A DNA stretch of 64,000 nucleotides, from positions 8,017 through 72,016 of the IMG/VR virus record IMGVR_UViG_3300033463_000095, one strand, 5' to 3'. The notes under the pieces were generated by a model. That model did not search any database, was not told the origin of the DNA, and saw nothing but the letters and a program-made list of their open reading frames with translations. Numbering within the stretch: the first letter of the stretch is position 1; every line of letters begins with the position of its first letter. This DNA comes from a virus. Lineage: Duplodnaviria; Caudoviricetes. Of this stretch, positions 1 to 11,372 are shown piece by piece. Both the position numbers and the translations under genes were made by a program.

Positions 1-1
1 T

Positions 2-1288
2 ATATTTAAAAATGGTTCTGTTATAGATATACTTGCGGCGACCGAAAGATCACGTGGTCAACGTCGTACTGGTGGTGTAATGGAAGAGTGTGTTTCTATT
101 GATCAAACTATGCTTAATGAAGTTATTATTCCAACTACCAACGTCGATAGACGACTTCCAGATGGAAGTAGAGATCCTAATGAGGTTGTTAACAAATCAC
201 AAGTTTATATTACTACAGCAGGTTGAAAAAATTCATTTGCTTTTTCTAAATTAATTGAACTTTTAATACGTTCAATACTAGATCCAAATGAAGTAATGAT
301 TATGGGTGGTACTTATGAAACACCTGTAAAAGAAGGATTATTAAATGAAGATTTTGTAGATGAATTAAAACTAAGTGGCACCTATCAAGAAGATTCATTT
401 GATAGAGAATATCGAAGTAAATGAAGTGGAGATGTAGAAAATGCTTTTTATTCATCTGAAGAATTTGATAAGCATAGAGTTTTACTTCAACCCGAATATG
501 AATTTAGTGGCAGAAGTTCAAAAAATGCATATTATGTTCTTGGAGTGGATGTTGGACGTACAGGATGTACTACTGAAGTGTGTGTTTTTAAAGTAACACC
601 TCAACCACAAGGAACTGCTTTAAAAAGTTTAGTTAATGTATATACTTATGATGCAGAACATTTTGAAAAACAAGCTATTAATATAAAGAAACTTTATTAT
701 AAATATAAAGCAAGAATAGTATCAATCGATGCTAATGGTCTTGGTGTGGGTCTTGTAGATTTTATGACTGTTGCACAGACAGATCCTGAATCTGGAGATG
801 TATTACCTGCATTTGGAGTTGAAGGCGGAACCGCAGAAGATGTTATGGATCAGTATAAAAAGGTTAAAGGTCCAGATGTTGAAGAAAATGCTTTATATTT
901 AATCAAAGCAAATGCACCTATTAACACAGAAGCATATGCTTATACAAGAAATCAAATGTCTAGTGGTAAGGTTAAATTTTTAATAGATGAACAACAAGCA
1001 AAAATAAAATTAATGGATACAAAAGTTGGTCAAAATATGAGTCCAGATAAAAGAAATGAATATTTACAACCTTTCCAATTAACTTCAATACTAAAGGCGC
1101 AAATGCTTAATTTAGTTGAAGAGACTCAAGGTGTTAATATTATTTTAAAACAATCTAATAAAGGAATTAAGAAAGATAAATTTTCTGCTTTTATCTATGG
1201 TTTATATTATATAAAACAAGAAGAAGATAAAAAGAAAAAAAGAAAAGGAAGAAGTATTGCTGATATGTTATTTTACAGTGGTAATTAA
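2..1288 (+). CDS. Terminase large subunit (5' partial, two in-frame TGA=Trp)
   Basis: Frame open from base 2: FKNGSVIDILAATERSRGQRRTGGVMEEC (Walker B region), TTAG[TGA]KNSF (motif III), EYRSK[TGA]SGD, then a nuclease domain GVDVGR...SIDANGLG...KDKFSAF. Ends TAA. Lies upstream of the portal. Confidence 0.93.
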
Positions 1289-1292
1289 TTTT

Positions 1293-1334
1293 GGGCAAAG
1301 TTAAAATATTTTATTTAATTAATATTAATATAAA
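1293..1334 (+). promoter_or_regulatory. Phage-specific promoter motif GGGCAAA-N29-TATAAA
   Basis: GGGCAAA 1293-1299, exactly 29 nt, then TATAAA 1329-1334. Same spacing at six other sites. Confidence 0.65.
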
Positions 1335-1376
1335 TATAGAAATATTTTAATGATATACAATTTATAAGGAGGAAAA

Positions 1377-1745
1377 ATGAGAGCTAGTAGAGGAGAAATA
1401 AAGATTGAAGAAGTTCTTCGAAATGCCGGAATGATTTTTGAACAAGAATATTCTTTTCCAGACTTGGTTAGCTCAAGTGGACACCCTTTAAGATTTGATT
1501 TTGCAGTATTTGACGATGAATATCATTTAATGTTTTTAATTGAATATCAAGGAATACAACATTATGAACCTAAAAGTAAATTTGGTGGTTATACTGGTTT
1601 GCGCAAGCAACAATTTCATGATATGCAAAAAAGAGAATATTGTCAAAAACATAATATTATTTTAATTGAAATACCTTATACTGTTGAGGGTAGAATTGAT
1701 TATGATTTTATTATGAATTTGTATTATTCAAAAGGCGGATACTAA
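1377..1745 (+). CDS. PD-(D/E)xK (Vsr/DUF559-like) endonuclease
   Basis: EQEYSF...LRFDFAV...LIEYQGIQHY pattern; AGGAGG RBS. Confidence 0.7.
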   Translation: MRASRGEIKIEEVLRNAGMIFEQEYSFPDLVSSSGHPLRFDFAVFDDEYHLMFLIEYQGIQHYEPKSKFGGYTGLRKQQFHDMQKREYCQKHNIILIEIPYTVEGRIDYDFIMNLYYSKGGY

Positions 1746-1779
1746 TTCATTAAAATAAAAGAAAAGCGAGGTGTCTATC

Positions 1780-3411
1780 TTGATTAATAGAAAAGAAGAA
1801 ATTAAGAAAAAAGGTTTTCATATATCTTTTAAAGATAGTACTCCAGAGGTTGAAGAATCTCAAAATAATTTTGTTCCAGTTGATTTTACAAAAATTAAAG
1901 TTGGAGCAAAAACATTAGAAGATGCTACTTTAGATTTAGGTGACTATAAAAAAATAGATAAAAGATTAGCAAGAAAAGAAGCAGTTTTAAAATCAATATA
2001 TGATAAAAACTGTACAGAAATGCGTGCTATATCTAATTTTTATTTCGAAACAAGTGGAATTTATTCAAGATTATGTAAATATATGGCTTATATGTATAGA
2101 TATGATTGAATGGTAACTCCTTATATAAATGAACAAAAAGATAAGGATAAAGAAAATACAAAAGCTAAAAAAGTTGAAGATAATGTTTTACAAGATTTTT
2201 ATAAGGTATTATTTTATTTAGATAATTCTGATTTAAAAAGATTATTTGGAAAAATTGCATTAAAAGTTGTTAGAGATGGATGCTTTTATGGTTATACTAT
2301 TCAAGGAAATAAAAGAATTGCAATTCAAGAACTTCCACTTCTTTATTGTCGTTCTAGATTTGAAGTAAACAATCGTCCAGTAGTAGAATTTAACATGAAA
2401 TATTTTGATATAATGTTTAAAGATGCTGGTCAAAAACAAAAGATATTAAAGGTTTTTGGTTCTGATTTTGAAAAAGGATATAAATTATATAAACAAGGTA
2501 AATTACCACCTTTATTTGTTGGAGATACTGAAGGATGATATGTATTAGACCCTGGTCGTGCTATAAAATTTAATGTAAATGGAGAAGATACTCCAATGTT
2601 TATGGCGGTAATACCTGCTATAATTGATTTAGATGAAGCTAAAGATTTGGACAAGAGAAAAATGGCTCAAGAGCTATTAAAAATTATTATTCAAAAGATG
2701 CCATTAGATAAAAATGGTGATTTAGTATTTGATGTTGATGAAGCTAGAGAATTACATAATAATGCAGTTAATATGTTAAGAAAAGCAATTGGTATTGATG
2801 TGTTAACTACATTTGCGGACGTCGATGTTGCCGATATGAGTGATAACCGCACAACTGCAGCTTCAGATGATCTCCAAAGAGTTGAGAGATCTGTATATAA
2901 TGAAGCAGGAGTTTCTCAAATGCAATTCAATACAGATGGTAATATTGCTCTTGAAAAATCAATTTTAAATGATGTTGCTTCATTCTATGATTTAATTTTA
3001 CAATTTCAAGCATTTATGAATGATATTATTGAAAAATATAATAAAAAACCTAAAAAATATTATTATAGAGCTCAAATCTTGACAACAACAATTTACAATT
3101 ATCAAGATATGGCTAAATTATATAAAGAACAAATGCAAGTTGGTTTCAGTAAAATGTTGCCGCAAATTGCACTTGGTCAAACTCAAAGTACAATATTAGC
3201 AAATGCTTACTTTGAAAATGAAATCTTAGATTTAGTTAATGTATTTATACCTCCTATGATGTCTAGTACAATGAATAGTGATGTATTAAATAGATTAAAT
3301 AATCAAAATAAACAAGAAAAAGAACAATCTGACAGTACAGGTGGTAGACCTGAAAAAGCAGATGATGAAAAGTCTGAAAAAACAATAATGAATGAAGAGA
3401 GTCAATCTTAA
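1780..3411 (+). CDS. Portal protein (TGA=Trp at 2107 and 2536)
   Basis: ORFs 1771-2109, 2110-2538 and 2596-3411 share a frame and are separated only by TGA (YRYD-W-MVTP, TEG-W-YVLD). Probable TTG start at 1780 after GAGGTG. Position between terminase and prohead protease. Confidence 0.85.
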
Positions 3412-3420
3412 TAAAAAATC

Positions 3421-3462
3421 GGACAAAATAAGAAAAATGATTAAACACTTTATTTATATAAT
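3421..3462 (+). promoter_or_regulatory. Phage-specific promoter motif GGACAAA-N29-TATAAT
   Basis: GGACAAA 3421-3427, 29 nt, TATAAT 3457-3462, upstream of the head genes. Confidence 0.7.
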
Positions 3463-3497
3463 AATAAGTGGAATATTAAGAAAGGATAGGTAGTTAT

Positions 3498-4868
3498 ATG
3501 ATGCATCAATCAATTGCAACTATAGACTCTCCTGAGTTTATCAATCTACAACCTTTAGAGATTAACCCACTAATGAGCAGCTGTGAAATAAAAGTTTTAT
3601 ATCTAGGTGAAAATAGAAACCATAGTTATATAACTAAAGAAGTTGCGACAGAAATGGCAAAAACTCTACGTGGAGCGCCTATTGTTGGATATTACAAAGA
3701 TGAAAAAGAAGATTTTAGAGACCATGGTGAAAAATTAATTATTGATGATGAAGGTATTAAATTTGAGTGTTTAACTAAACCTTATGGTTTCGTAGCTCCA
3801 GATGCCAAAGTATGGTTTCAAAAATTTGAAGATACCGATGAGTTTGGTAACAAGATAAATAGAGAATATCTTATGACCACTGGGTATCTATGGACAGGTC
3901 AATTTGAAGAAGCTAAATTAGCTATTGATGAAGGTCGTCCTCAATCAATGGAGTTAGATGAGCAAACTTTAGATGGACATTGGTCAACAAATAATAATAC
4001 AGGTATGGACTTTTTCATAATAAATGATGCTATCTTTTCAAAATTATGCATTCTTGGAGAAGATGTTGAACCTTGCTTCGAAGGAGCTCGCATTACCGCA
4101 CCAGAAGTAAGTAAAACATTTACAAAAATGGATGATAATTTTAAAAGAACATTATTTACTATGATGCAAGATTTACAATCTGTATTAAAAGGAGGATACA
4201 AAATGGAACTAGAAGATCAAAATGTTGAAACTGAAGTTACTACTGCTATTGAAGAAGAAGTAACTAATGTAGAAGAAGAATCTGTTGAAACTCCTGAAAA
4301 TGAAACTGAAGCTCCTGAGGAAGAAGCTAAAGAAGAACAAGAAGAAGTTGCTGCAGAAGAAACTGATATTTCCATTGAAGCTACTCAAGAAGAAAAAGCA
4401 GAAAATGAAGAAGAATTAATTGACACTGAAGACACAGAAGAAAACGCTAGTGAAGAAAATGTAGAAGAAGATTATGCTTTAATAAAGAGTGAAAATGAAG
4501 AATTAAAAACAAAATTTGCGGAAATGGAAGCAAAATATCAAGAGTTAGTAGCATTTAAAGAAGCTGTAGATAATAAAGAAAAAGACGCTTTAATCGATAG
4601 TTTCTATATGTTATCTGACGAAGATAAAAAGGACGTTATTGAAAATAAATCAAACTATTCTCTAGATGAGATTGAAGCAAAATTATCAGTAATTTGTGTT
4701 AGAAAAAAGGTTAATTTTGATTTAGATAATTCATCAAAAAGTGAAGATAAAGTAGAAACAGAAGATAAAGAAGAAGTTGCTACAACTTATACTTTAGAAG
4801 AAACTGATTCTACTATTGTTCCTGAGTTTATACAAGCTTTAAGAAATAATAGAGATAGTAAAGAATAA
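3498..4868 (+). CDS. Prohead protease/scaffold protein
   Basis: N-terminal domain (GAPIVGYY, GYLWTGQ, SMEL, LCILGEDVEPCFEGA) plus a long acidic coiled-coil C-terminus. Lies between portal and capsid. Confidence 0.75.
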   Translation: MMHQSIATIDSPEFINLQPLEINPLMSSCEIKVLYLGENRNHSYITKEVATEMAKTLRGAPIVGYYKDEKEDFRDHGEKLIIDDEGIKFECLTKPYGFVAPDAKVWFQKFEDTDEFGNKINREYLMTTGYLWTGQFEEAKLAIDEGRPQSMELDEQTLDGHWSTNNNTGMDFFIINDAIFSKLCILGEDVEPCFEGARITAPEVSKTFTKMDDNFKRTLFTMMQDLQSVLKGGYKMELEDQNVETEVTTAIEEEVTNVEEESVETPENETEAPEEEAKEEQEEVAAEETDISIEATQEEKAENEEELIDTEDTEENASEENVEEDYALIKSENEELKTKFAEMEAKYQELVAFKEAVDNKEKDALIDSFYMLSDEDKKDVIENKSNYSLDEIEAKLSVICVRKKVNFDLDNSSKSEDKVETEDKEEVATTYTLEETDSTIVPEFIQALRNNRDSKE

Positions 4869-4892
4869 TTTTAATAAGGAGGATATAAAACC

Positions 4893-5423
4893 ATGAAAAT
4901 TACAAGAAAAGGTTTTGGTCAAGTTGAACCTAATCATTTATCTGCACAAAGAAATGGACAAATTTATGCTCAATTACCATTAGATAGTGAATACACAGGT
5001 GTTCTTGAAAATGGTCAATTCATGAAATATGATTATGAAAATGGTAAGGTTGGTTTAACTGGAGACATTGATGAATATTTCTTAGTTTATAACGAAGTTA
5101 AAGTTTATGATGAAAGAGATTCTTATAAAGATTTCGCTATGAAAAAAGAAAATTATGTTGGTGGAGAAATTTATCCAAGATTATTCAAAACTAATATTGG
5201 AGATATCTACACAACAAACTGTGTTGGTTTAGCTAACACTGATAAAAATGCTAGTGTTACTTATAATACTGAATTATCTCTTGGAGATAAATTAGAAGTA
5301 GATACTAGTACAGGATATTTAGTAAAAAATAATGGAAGTACTGCAAATATGATTTGGCAAGTTGTAAAAACTTATACTATGCCAGATGGACAAGATGCTG
5401 TAAAAATTCAAAGAATAAAATAG
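4893..5423 (+). CDS. Capsid decoration/minor head protein (putative)
   Basis: 176 aa, strong RBS, directly before the major capsid gene. Confidence 0.55.
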   Translation: MKITRKGFGQVEPNHLSAQRNGQIYAQLPLDSEYTGVLENGQFMKYDYENGKVGLTGDIDEYFLVYNEVKVYDERDSYKDFAMKKENYVGGEIYPRLFKTNIGDIYTTNCVGLANTDKNASVTYNTELSLGDKLEVDTSTGYLVKNNGSTANMIWQVVKTYTMPDGQDAVKIQRIK

Positions 5424-5443
5424 TTTAAGGAGGATTTATAATT

Positions 5444-6490
5444 ATGGAATTTAAAGATTTATCTAAATTAGCAAAACTTGCTAGTACTGTAAAACCTTCT
5501 TCTACTTATTCTTTCGGTGAAGAAACTTACACTGCTAAAGAAATTAATGAAACATTAAGAAAAGAATTAAACAGTATTGCTGGAGCTAATTATCATTTAT
5601 ATGAACAAAACAAACATACAATCTTCGCTTTAATCGAAGAAACAATCGACGATGTTCTTCCTCAAAGAGTTTTAGAAGAATATGGTCAATTTGCTGAAAT
5701 TAAACAAGTTGCTCAAGGTGACAAAGCTATTTTCAGACAAAAAGTAACTGCTGCTTCAAGAAGAAGAGCAAAACAATTCATTACAAAAGTTGGTTTAGCA
5801 GGCGTTTATGAAGTATTTAAATTAGATGGTAAAAGTTATGAATTACCAGTAACTGCATTCGGTGGCGCTGCTCAAATCTCTATCGAAGAATTCTTAGATG
5901 GTAGATTAGATTGGAATGAATTAGTAGAAATCGTTATGGAAGGTTTAGATGAAGCTATTTATTTAGAAATAGAAAAAGCTTTAATCGGAGCTGTTGATGA
6001 ATTAGGAGAATATAATAAATATGCAGGTATCGGATTTAATGAACAAGCTATGGATAGCTTAATTGCTGTAGCTGATAGTTATGGAAGATCTACTATTTAT
6101 TGTACATTCGAATTCGCAGCTACTATGATTCCTAGTGATAGTAGAATGTCTGATGCTATGAAAGATAGAATTTGGAACAATGGTCTTTTAGGAACTTATA
6201 AAGGACATAATGTTATCGTATTAAATCAATCATTAGTAGATGAAACTAATTCTAGAAAAGTTATTGATCCAGCTTATGCATGGATTATCCCAGCTGGAGC
6301 AAATGAAAAACCAGTTAAAATTGCTTTCGAAGGTCAAACATTAGTTGATGATAGAAAGAATGATGATTGGTCTAAAGAAATTCAAGTTTACAAAAAACTT
6401 GGAGTTGGTGCTTTAATTACTAATAATATCTGTGTTTATAGAAATGCAGCATTAACAAAAGATGTAGTAATCCCAGCTAGTTCAATTTAA
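5444..6490 (+). CDS. Major capsid protein
   Basis: 348 aa with strongly biased codons and a strong RBS. Followed by a terminator. Typical position in the head module. Confidence 0.85.
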   Translation: MEFKDLSKLAKLASTVKPSSTYSFGEETYTAKEINETLRKELNSIAGANYHLYEQNKHTIFALIEETIDDVLPQRVLEEYGQFAEIKQVAQGDKAIFRQKVTAASRRRAKQFITKVGLAGVYEVFKLDGKSYELPVTAFGGAAQISIEEFLDGRLDWNELVEIVMEGLDEAIYLEIEKALIGAVDELGEYNKYAGIGFNEQAMDSLIAVADSYGRSTIYCTFEFAATMIPSDSRMSDAMKDRIWNNGLLGTYKGHNVIVLNQSLVDETNSRKVIDPAYAWIIPAGANEKPVKIAFEGQTLVDDRKNDDWSKEIQVYKKLGVGALITNNICVYRNAALTKDVVIPASSI

Positions 6491-6506
6491 TTTTAAAAAT
6501 ATAACT

Positions 6507-6560
6507 TGGGAAGGTTAAAAATTTCTTATAATAGAGATATTTTTACCTTCCCATTTTTTT
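6507..6560 (+). terminator. Intrinsic terminator after the major capsid gene
   Basis: TGGGAAGGT...ACCTTCCCA long hairpin followed by a T run. Confidence 0.75.
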
Positions 6561-6586
6561 ATTAGGAGAGAAAAGGAGTTTTATAT

Positions 6587-7177
6587 ATGAGAGAAATAGA
6601 CAATAAAGAAATTATTAAAGTTACTAACAGATTTAATGGTTCTGTTGGTTATACAATTAGAGATTTAAATAATCTATCTAGAGTGTTTAGTCCAAATGAA
6701 ACAAAAGAAATTACAATGGAAGAGTTAAGAAAATTATCTTGGGAAACAGGCGGCCGCACTTTAATTAACGATTATTTAATTATTCAAGATGAAGACGCTT
6801 TAAAAGAAATTTTAGGTAGTCCTGAACCTGAATATTATTATACAGAAGAAGATGTAAAAGATTTATTATTAAATAAATCATTAGATGCTTTAAAAGATTG
6901 TTTAGATTTTGCCCCAAGAGGAACAATTGATTTAGTTAAAAAATTAGCAGTTGAATTACCTTTAAATGATGTGGCTAAAAGACAAGCTATTTTAGAAATG
7001 ACTGGATTTAATGTTACTTCTGCAATTGAAATCAATGAAGCAACAAAAGAAGAGCAACCTGTAAATAATACAGGATTTAGAAGAATAGATAGTAAGCCTG
7101 AAAAAGAACCAGAAAAACCTACTGGAAGAAGAGTAGCTGTTGTTAACGATAATAAATATAAAGTTGTTAATAAATAA
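6587..7177 (+). CDS. Hypothetical virion-associated protein
   Basis: Intact 196-aa ORF with RBS in the head-neck region. Confidence 0.7.
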   Translation: MREIDNKEIIKVTNRFNGSVGYTIRDLNNLSRVFSPNETKEITMEELRKLSWETGGRTLINDYLIIQDEDALKEILGSPEPEYYYTEEDVKDLLLNKSLDALKDCLDFAPRGTIDLVKKLAVELPLNDVAKRQAILEMTGFNVTSAIEINEATKEEQPVNNTGFRRIDSKPEKEPEKPTGRRVAVVNDNKYKVVNK

Positions 7178-7195
7178 AAAATAGGAGGTGTGAAT

Positions 7196-7732
7196 ATGGA
7201 AAATACAACACCTTTTTCTGTTGTTTATGATAGTTTTTTATCTAAAATCACTGAAGATATGTATATGGAATTAAATGAAAAAGATACATTTAACTTATTA
7301 GAAGAATTACTTATGTCTGCTATACATAAATTTGAATTTCCTAGAATTAATATTTTTGATTATGTAGCTAAAAAAGATTTAGATAAAAAAGCTGCTAAAA
7401 AACTTGATATAGGATATTTTAATTGTGAATTAAATGATGAAGAAGTTAATATTTTAGCTACTTATATGGTAGTAGAATGATTAGGACAACAACTTGCAAC
7501 AGTTGAAAATACTAGAATGAAATATAGCGGAAGTGATTTTAAATTTACTTCACAAGCAAATCATATGAGTAAAATACTATCATTAAAGAAAGATTATGAA
7601 AGAGAAGGTTTTCATCTTCAAAGATTATATAAAAGAAGATTAAAAGATGAAGATGGAATTATGCGCTCAACTTTTGGAAGTATAATGGAAGAATCTCCTG
7701 AGGGAAGAGAGGTTCAAACAATATGGAAATAA
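7196..7732 (+). CDS. Head-tail connector (putative), TGA=Trp at 7478
   Basis: ORFs 7190-7480 and 7517-7732 are in frame through YMVVE-W-LGQQ. ATG at 7196 after GGAGG. Confidence 0.65.
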
Positions 7733-8058
7733 GTACTGGAGCAAATATAAAAAATGAAGCTATTATTGAAAATCTTAAAAAATTAACTAATCAAATATTT
7801 AAATTATTACCTGATTGAGAAGAGGCTCTAGATTGACAAACCCCATTAGGAACTATTATAGAAGAATTATCTGGAATGGATGAATTGTTAACAAATTATC
7901 ATGAAAAATTATTTTCTTTATTATGCAAACTAAAAGGTCTTTATGATTATAAAGAAAATAATGAAAGAGATGATTTTTCTGATTATCGAAGAACTATATT
8001 TGAATGTCTAAATATTTTATCTAGTATCAAAAATGAGGTTGAACAATGTCAGGATTAG
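7723..8058 (+). CDS. Hypothetical neck protein (two TGA=Trp)
   Basis: MEISTG...KLLPD-W-EEALD-W-QTPL continues in frame into ORF 7876-8058. Ends TAG. Confidence 0.7.
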
Positions 8059-9014
8059 ATAATTTAGGGCTTAGATTACAATATACTGGCGGCAACCGTC
8101 AAATAGATAGAATGAATGAAGATAAATTAAAAAGTTTGAAAAAAGCTCTTCTATATTCTTATCAAAGTGCAACTGCAATTTTAGCAGATGGTAGAGAATT
8201 TAGATGTTTAATTAATCCAGATAAGTTGAAAAATGTTTATGATGATAAAATTATTTCAATTCCTTTTAAAGATATCTGTTTAAATAAAGATAGAATTGGT
8301 AAAACAACAAATGGAATTGAAGATATAGGTATGAAGCCAGGTGATATATTTACATGGAAAGAAAATGAAACAGATTGATTAGTTTTTTTACAAAGATTTG
8401 AAGAAACTGCATATTTTAGGGCGGAAATCCGTAGATGTAAATATACAGTTACAATAGATGACACTGAATACAAGTGTTATGCGGCAAGACCTTCACTTAA
8501 TGAAATTGATTGAAGAGAACAAAAAGAGAAAGCTTGAAATGATATAGATTATACATTACAAATGTATATAACAAAAGATGAAAAAACTGAAGCATTTTTT
8601 CATAGGTTCGCAATTATAAAAGTAAATGGTCAACCTTGAGAGGTACAAAGTGTAGATAGTATGAGTTCAGATGGTATCATTCTTGTATATTTAAAAGAAT
8701 GATATAATAATAGTATCCAAGAGGCTAAAGATGCAGAAGATGCGAAAATCGCACCTGAGGATGATATAGACGCAAATGATCCTGTAATAATCGGCCCTGC
8801 CGCAGTTTATCCATATGATAAAAAATCTTATACTATTGAAAATGCTGAAGGTGGACAATGGGTTATAGGTAGTCAAAAAGCAAAAATAATAGACCAAGAT
8901 GAAACAATGGTTAAGATTGAAATAGTTTCAGGTCGTAGTGGTAATTTTGAGTTAAAATATGTAAGAGATGGTGAAGACGATATCATTTTGCCTATTGAAA
9001 TAAAATCATTATAG
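8046..9014 (+). CDS. Head closure/adaptor protein (putative, several TGA=Trp)
   Basis: Frame continues past TGA 8376 (TD-W-LVFL) and further TGAs (GQP-W-EVQ, LKE-W-YNN) to TAG at 9012-9014. C-terminal Ig-like segment. Confidence 0.65.
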
Positions 9015-9033
9015 GAGTTAAAGGAGAGTAAAT

Positions 9034-9621
9034 ATGAGAAGAGATGTTATTAGCACAGTTCCATTAAAATCATCTTTCTTATCTTTTGAAAAAGATGTAG
9101 AAACTATATTAAAAGCATTGTTTGTTCAAAGCCAACCTCACAGTGATGGATTAAAAAGATTGCTAGTATTAAATACAAGAGACTGTTTAGATAGTACAAC
9201 AAGTCAAGTATATAAAAACATCCTTGATAATATAACATTAGCAACATTAATTCAAGATGGATATATTAGATTAAATCCTAAAATGAGAATGCCTGAGCAT
9301 GAAGAGGTCAAGTCTTATATAATTATTTCTATGGATAATTTTGTTCCTACTACAAATCCTCAATATAGAGATTGTACTTTAACTTTTGATATTATTTGTC
9401 ATATTGATTATTGAGATATTGGAAATTATAGACAAAGACCAATTAAAATTGCAGGATATTTAGATGGCTTATTAAATAATGCTAAATTAAGTGGAATTGG
9501 TGAATTACAATTTTTAGGAATGAATGAGCTTATTCTTAATGAAGATTTAGCTGGTTATACTCTTATGTATAGAGCTACCCATGGAAATGATGATCGTTTA
9601 CCTCCATCAGATTTAAATTAG
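9034..9621 (+). CDS. Tail terminator/completion protein (putative)
   Basis: Reads through TGA 9412 (CHIDY-W-DIGNYRQRP) to TAG 9619-9621. Position before the tail tube gene. Confidence 0.6.
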
Positions 9622-10353
9622 ATGGATAATGAGTTGTTATATCTATCAGGTAATGATATTCCTTTTACAGAAGCTCAAGTTACTATACATCAACCTACAA
9701 TAAAAGAGATCGCATATATTGGGGAGGAAGCATTCTTTATTGGATGTGAATTAATTAATTTTTCTAAAAATAATTTAACAGAAGAGGACAAATTAAATTT
9801 AGAAGATAAGACAGATTTTGATATATTAATAGCAATACTAAGAGAGCGTAATGCGGTAATGCAAAGAAATAGGAATTGCGTAGAAATGGTTCTAGCATTG
9901 GTTTTTCCTGAATATTCTTTTGATTTTACAAACAAAGAAATTTTATTAAAGAAAAATGATGAAGCTTATTCTATAAATAATAAGAATTTTGAACAATTCA
10001 AAAGTATATTTAATAAAATGTTTGATTATAAAAAGAGTATAGAAGATAGTTATAATCCTGCGGGAGATATGGCGAAAAGAATTGCTAATAAATTGAAAGA
10101 ACGTCATCAAAGATTAGCACAAGAAAAACATGAACAAAAGAAAATTGATGTTTTTGGTAGATACATTTCTATTTTAACTGTAGGAGAGCGTAAAGATATG
10201 AATTCTTTAATGCAATATACAGTATATCAATTAAATGATGAGTTTACTCGTTATGAATTGAAAAATAGTTATGATATTCATTTAAAAGCTCAATTAGCTG
10301 GAGCCAAGGATTTAAAGGAAGCTGAAGACTGAATGAAAGATATTCATTCATAG
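9622..10353 (+). CDS. Hypothetical tail-region protein
   Basis: ORF 9622-10332 extends through TGA (AED-W-MKDIHS) to TAG 10351-10353. Confidence 0.7.
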
Positions 10354-10385
10354 TTTATTAAAATTTTTTAAGGAGGATTATAGAT

Positions 10386-11312
10386 ATGAAGTTCGGAGTT
10401 CGTGAGATTACAGACGTAGTTTTTAAAGCTAAAGCTGATACTAAAATCGGATCAACTACATTTAAAGCTGGACAACCAGTATTATATATCGATACAGCTA
10501 AAACTTCTACAGTTGAAGGTGCTGCTACTACTGTATATGCTACAGGTGGTAAAGGTAATACAAGATTAATCGCTTGGGAAGGTGAAAGAACTTTAACATT
10601 TACAGTTGAAGATGCTTTATTATCTCCAATTGGTTTCTCTATTTTATCTGGAGCTGGATTATTTAAAGCTAATGATAAAAATGTTCATGTTCACATGACT
10701 GCTAATGCATATGTAAGTACTAATGGTACTATTGATCTAACTGATTCTTTAGCAGCTAGTGAAAATATTGATGGTACTGCACCAGTATTTGTTATGACAA
10801 CTGAAGCAGATGGTTCATTAAAAGGTGAATTATTAACTGGTTTAACAGTTAATGGAAAAACTATTACAGGAGCTACTAGTGCAGCAGGTAAAACTGTATT
10901 TGTAGATTTCTATGTTGTTAAGAGTGCTGCTAATGTATCTGAATTAACAATTGATGCAGGACATTTTGCAGGAAATTATTATGTTGAAGCTAGTACATTA
11001 GTTAGAAGAGAAGCTGATGGTGTTGATATGCCAACTGAAATTACATTACCAAATGTTAAAATCCAATCTAACTTTACATTCAATATGGCTGCAACAGGAG
11101 ATCCAAGTACATTCTCATTCACAATGGATGCATTCCCTGGATTCACTACTTTCGATAGAACACGTAAAGTATTAATGGTTATGCAAATTGTTGAAGATGC
11201 TACTGCAGGTGCTGAAACTGTAAATTCAGTAATGGGACATCCAGCAGGATTTGAAATTGAAATAACTGAAAACGATTCAACAAATGAATCTGGAGAACCA
11301 GCAAGTATTTAA
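10386..11312 (+). CDS. Major tail tube protein
   Basis: 308 aa, Thr/Ala/Gly-rich beta protein with biased codons and a strong RBS. Followed by a terminator. Confidence 0.75.
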   Translation: MKFGVREITDVVFKAKADTKIGSTTFKAGQPVLYIDTAKTSTVEGAATTVYATGGKGNTRLIAWEGERTLTFTVEDALLSPIGFSILSGAGLFKANDKNVHVHMTANAYVSTNGTIDLTDSLAASENIDGTAPVFVMTTEADGSLKGELLTGLTVNGKTITGATSAAGKTVFVDFYVVKSAANVSELTIDAGHFAGNYYVEASTLVRREADGVDMPTEITLPNVKIQSNFTFNMAATGDPSTFSFTMDAFPGFTTFDRTRKVLMVMQIVEDATAGAETVNSVMGHPAGFEIEITENDSTNESGEPASI

Positions 11313-11319
11313 TATTAAT

Positions 11320-11351
11320 AAAAGAGAGGGCGGCAACGGCCTCTCTTTTTT
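11320..11351 (+). terminator. Intrinsic terminator after the tail tube gene
   Basis: AAGAGAGG...CCTCTCTT stem followed by a T run; the loop contains GCGGCAA. Confidence 0.8.
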
Positions 11352-11372
11352 GTTTATTAGGAGTTGATAATT

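Noticed and set aside
4200-4500. Glu-rich low-complexity tract as a DNA repeat element
   Set aside because: It is ordinary acidic scaffold coding sequence within the prohead protease gene.
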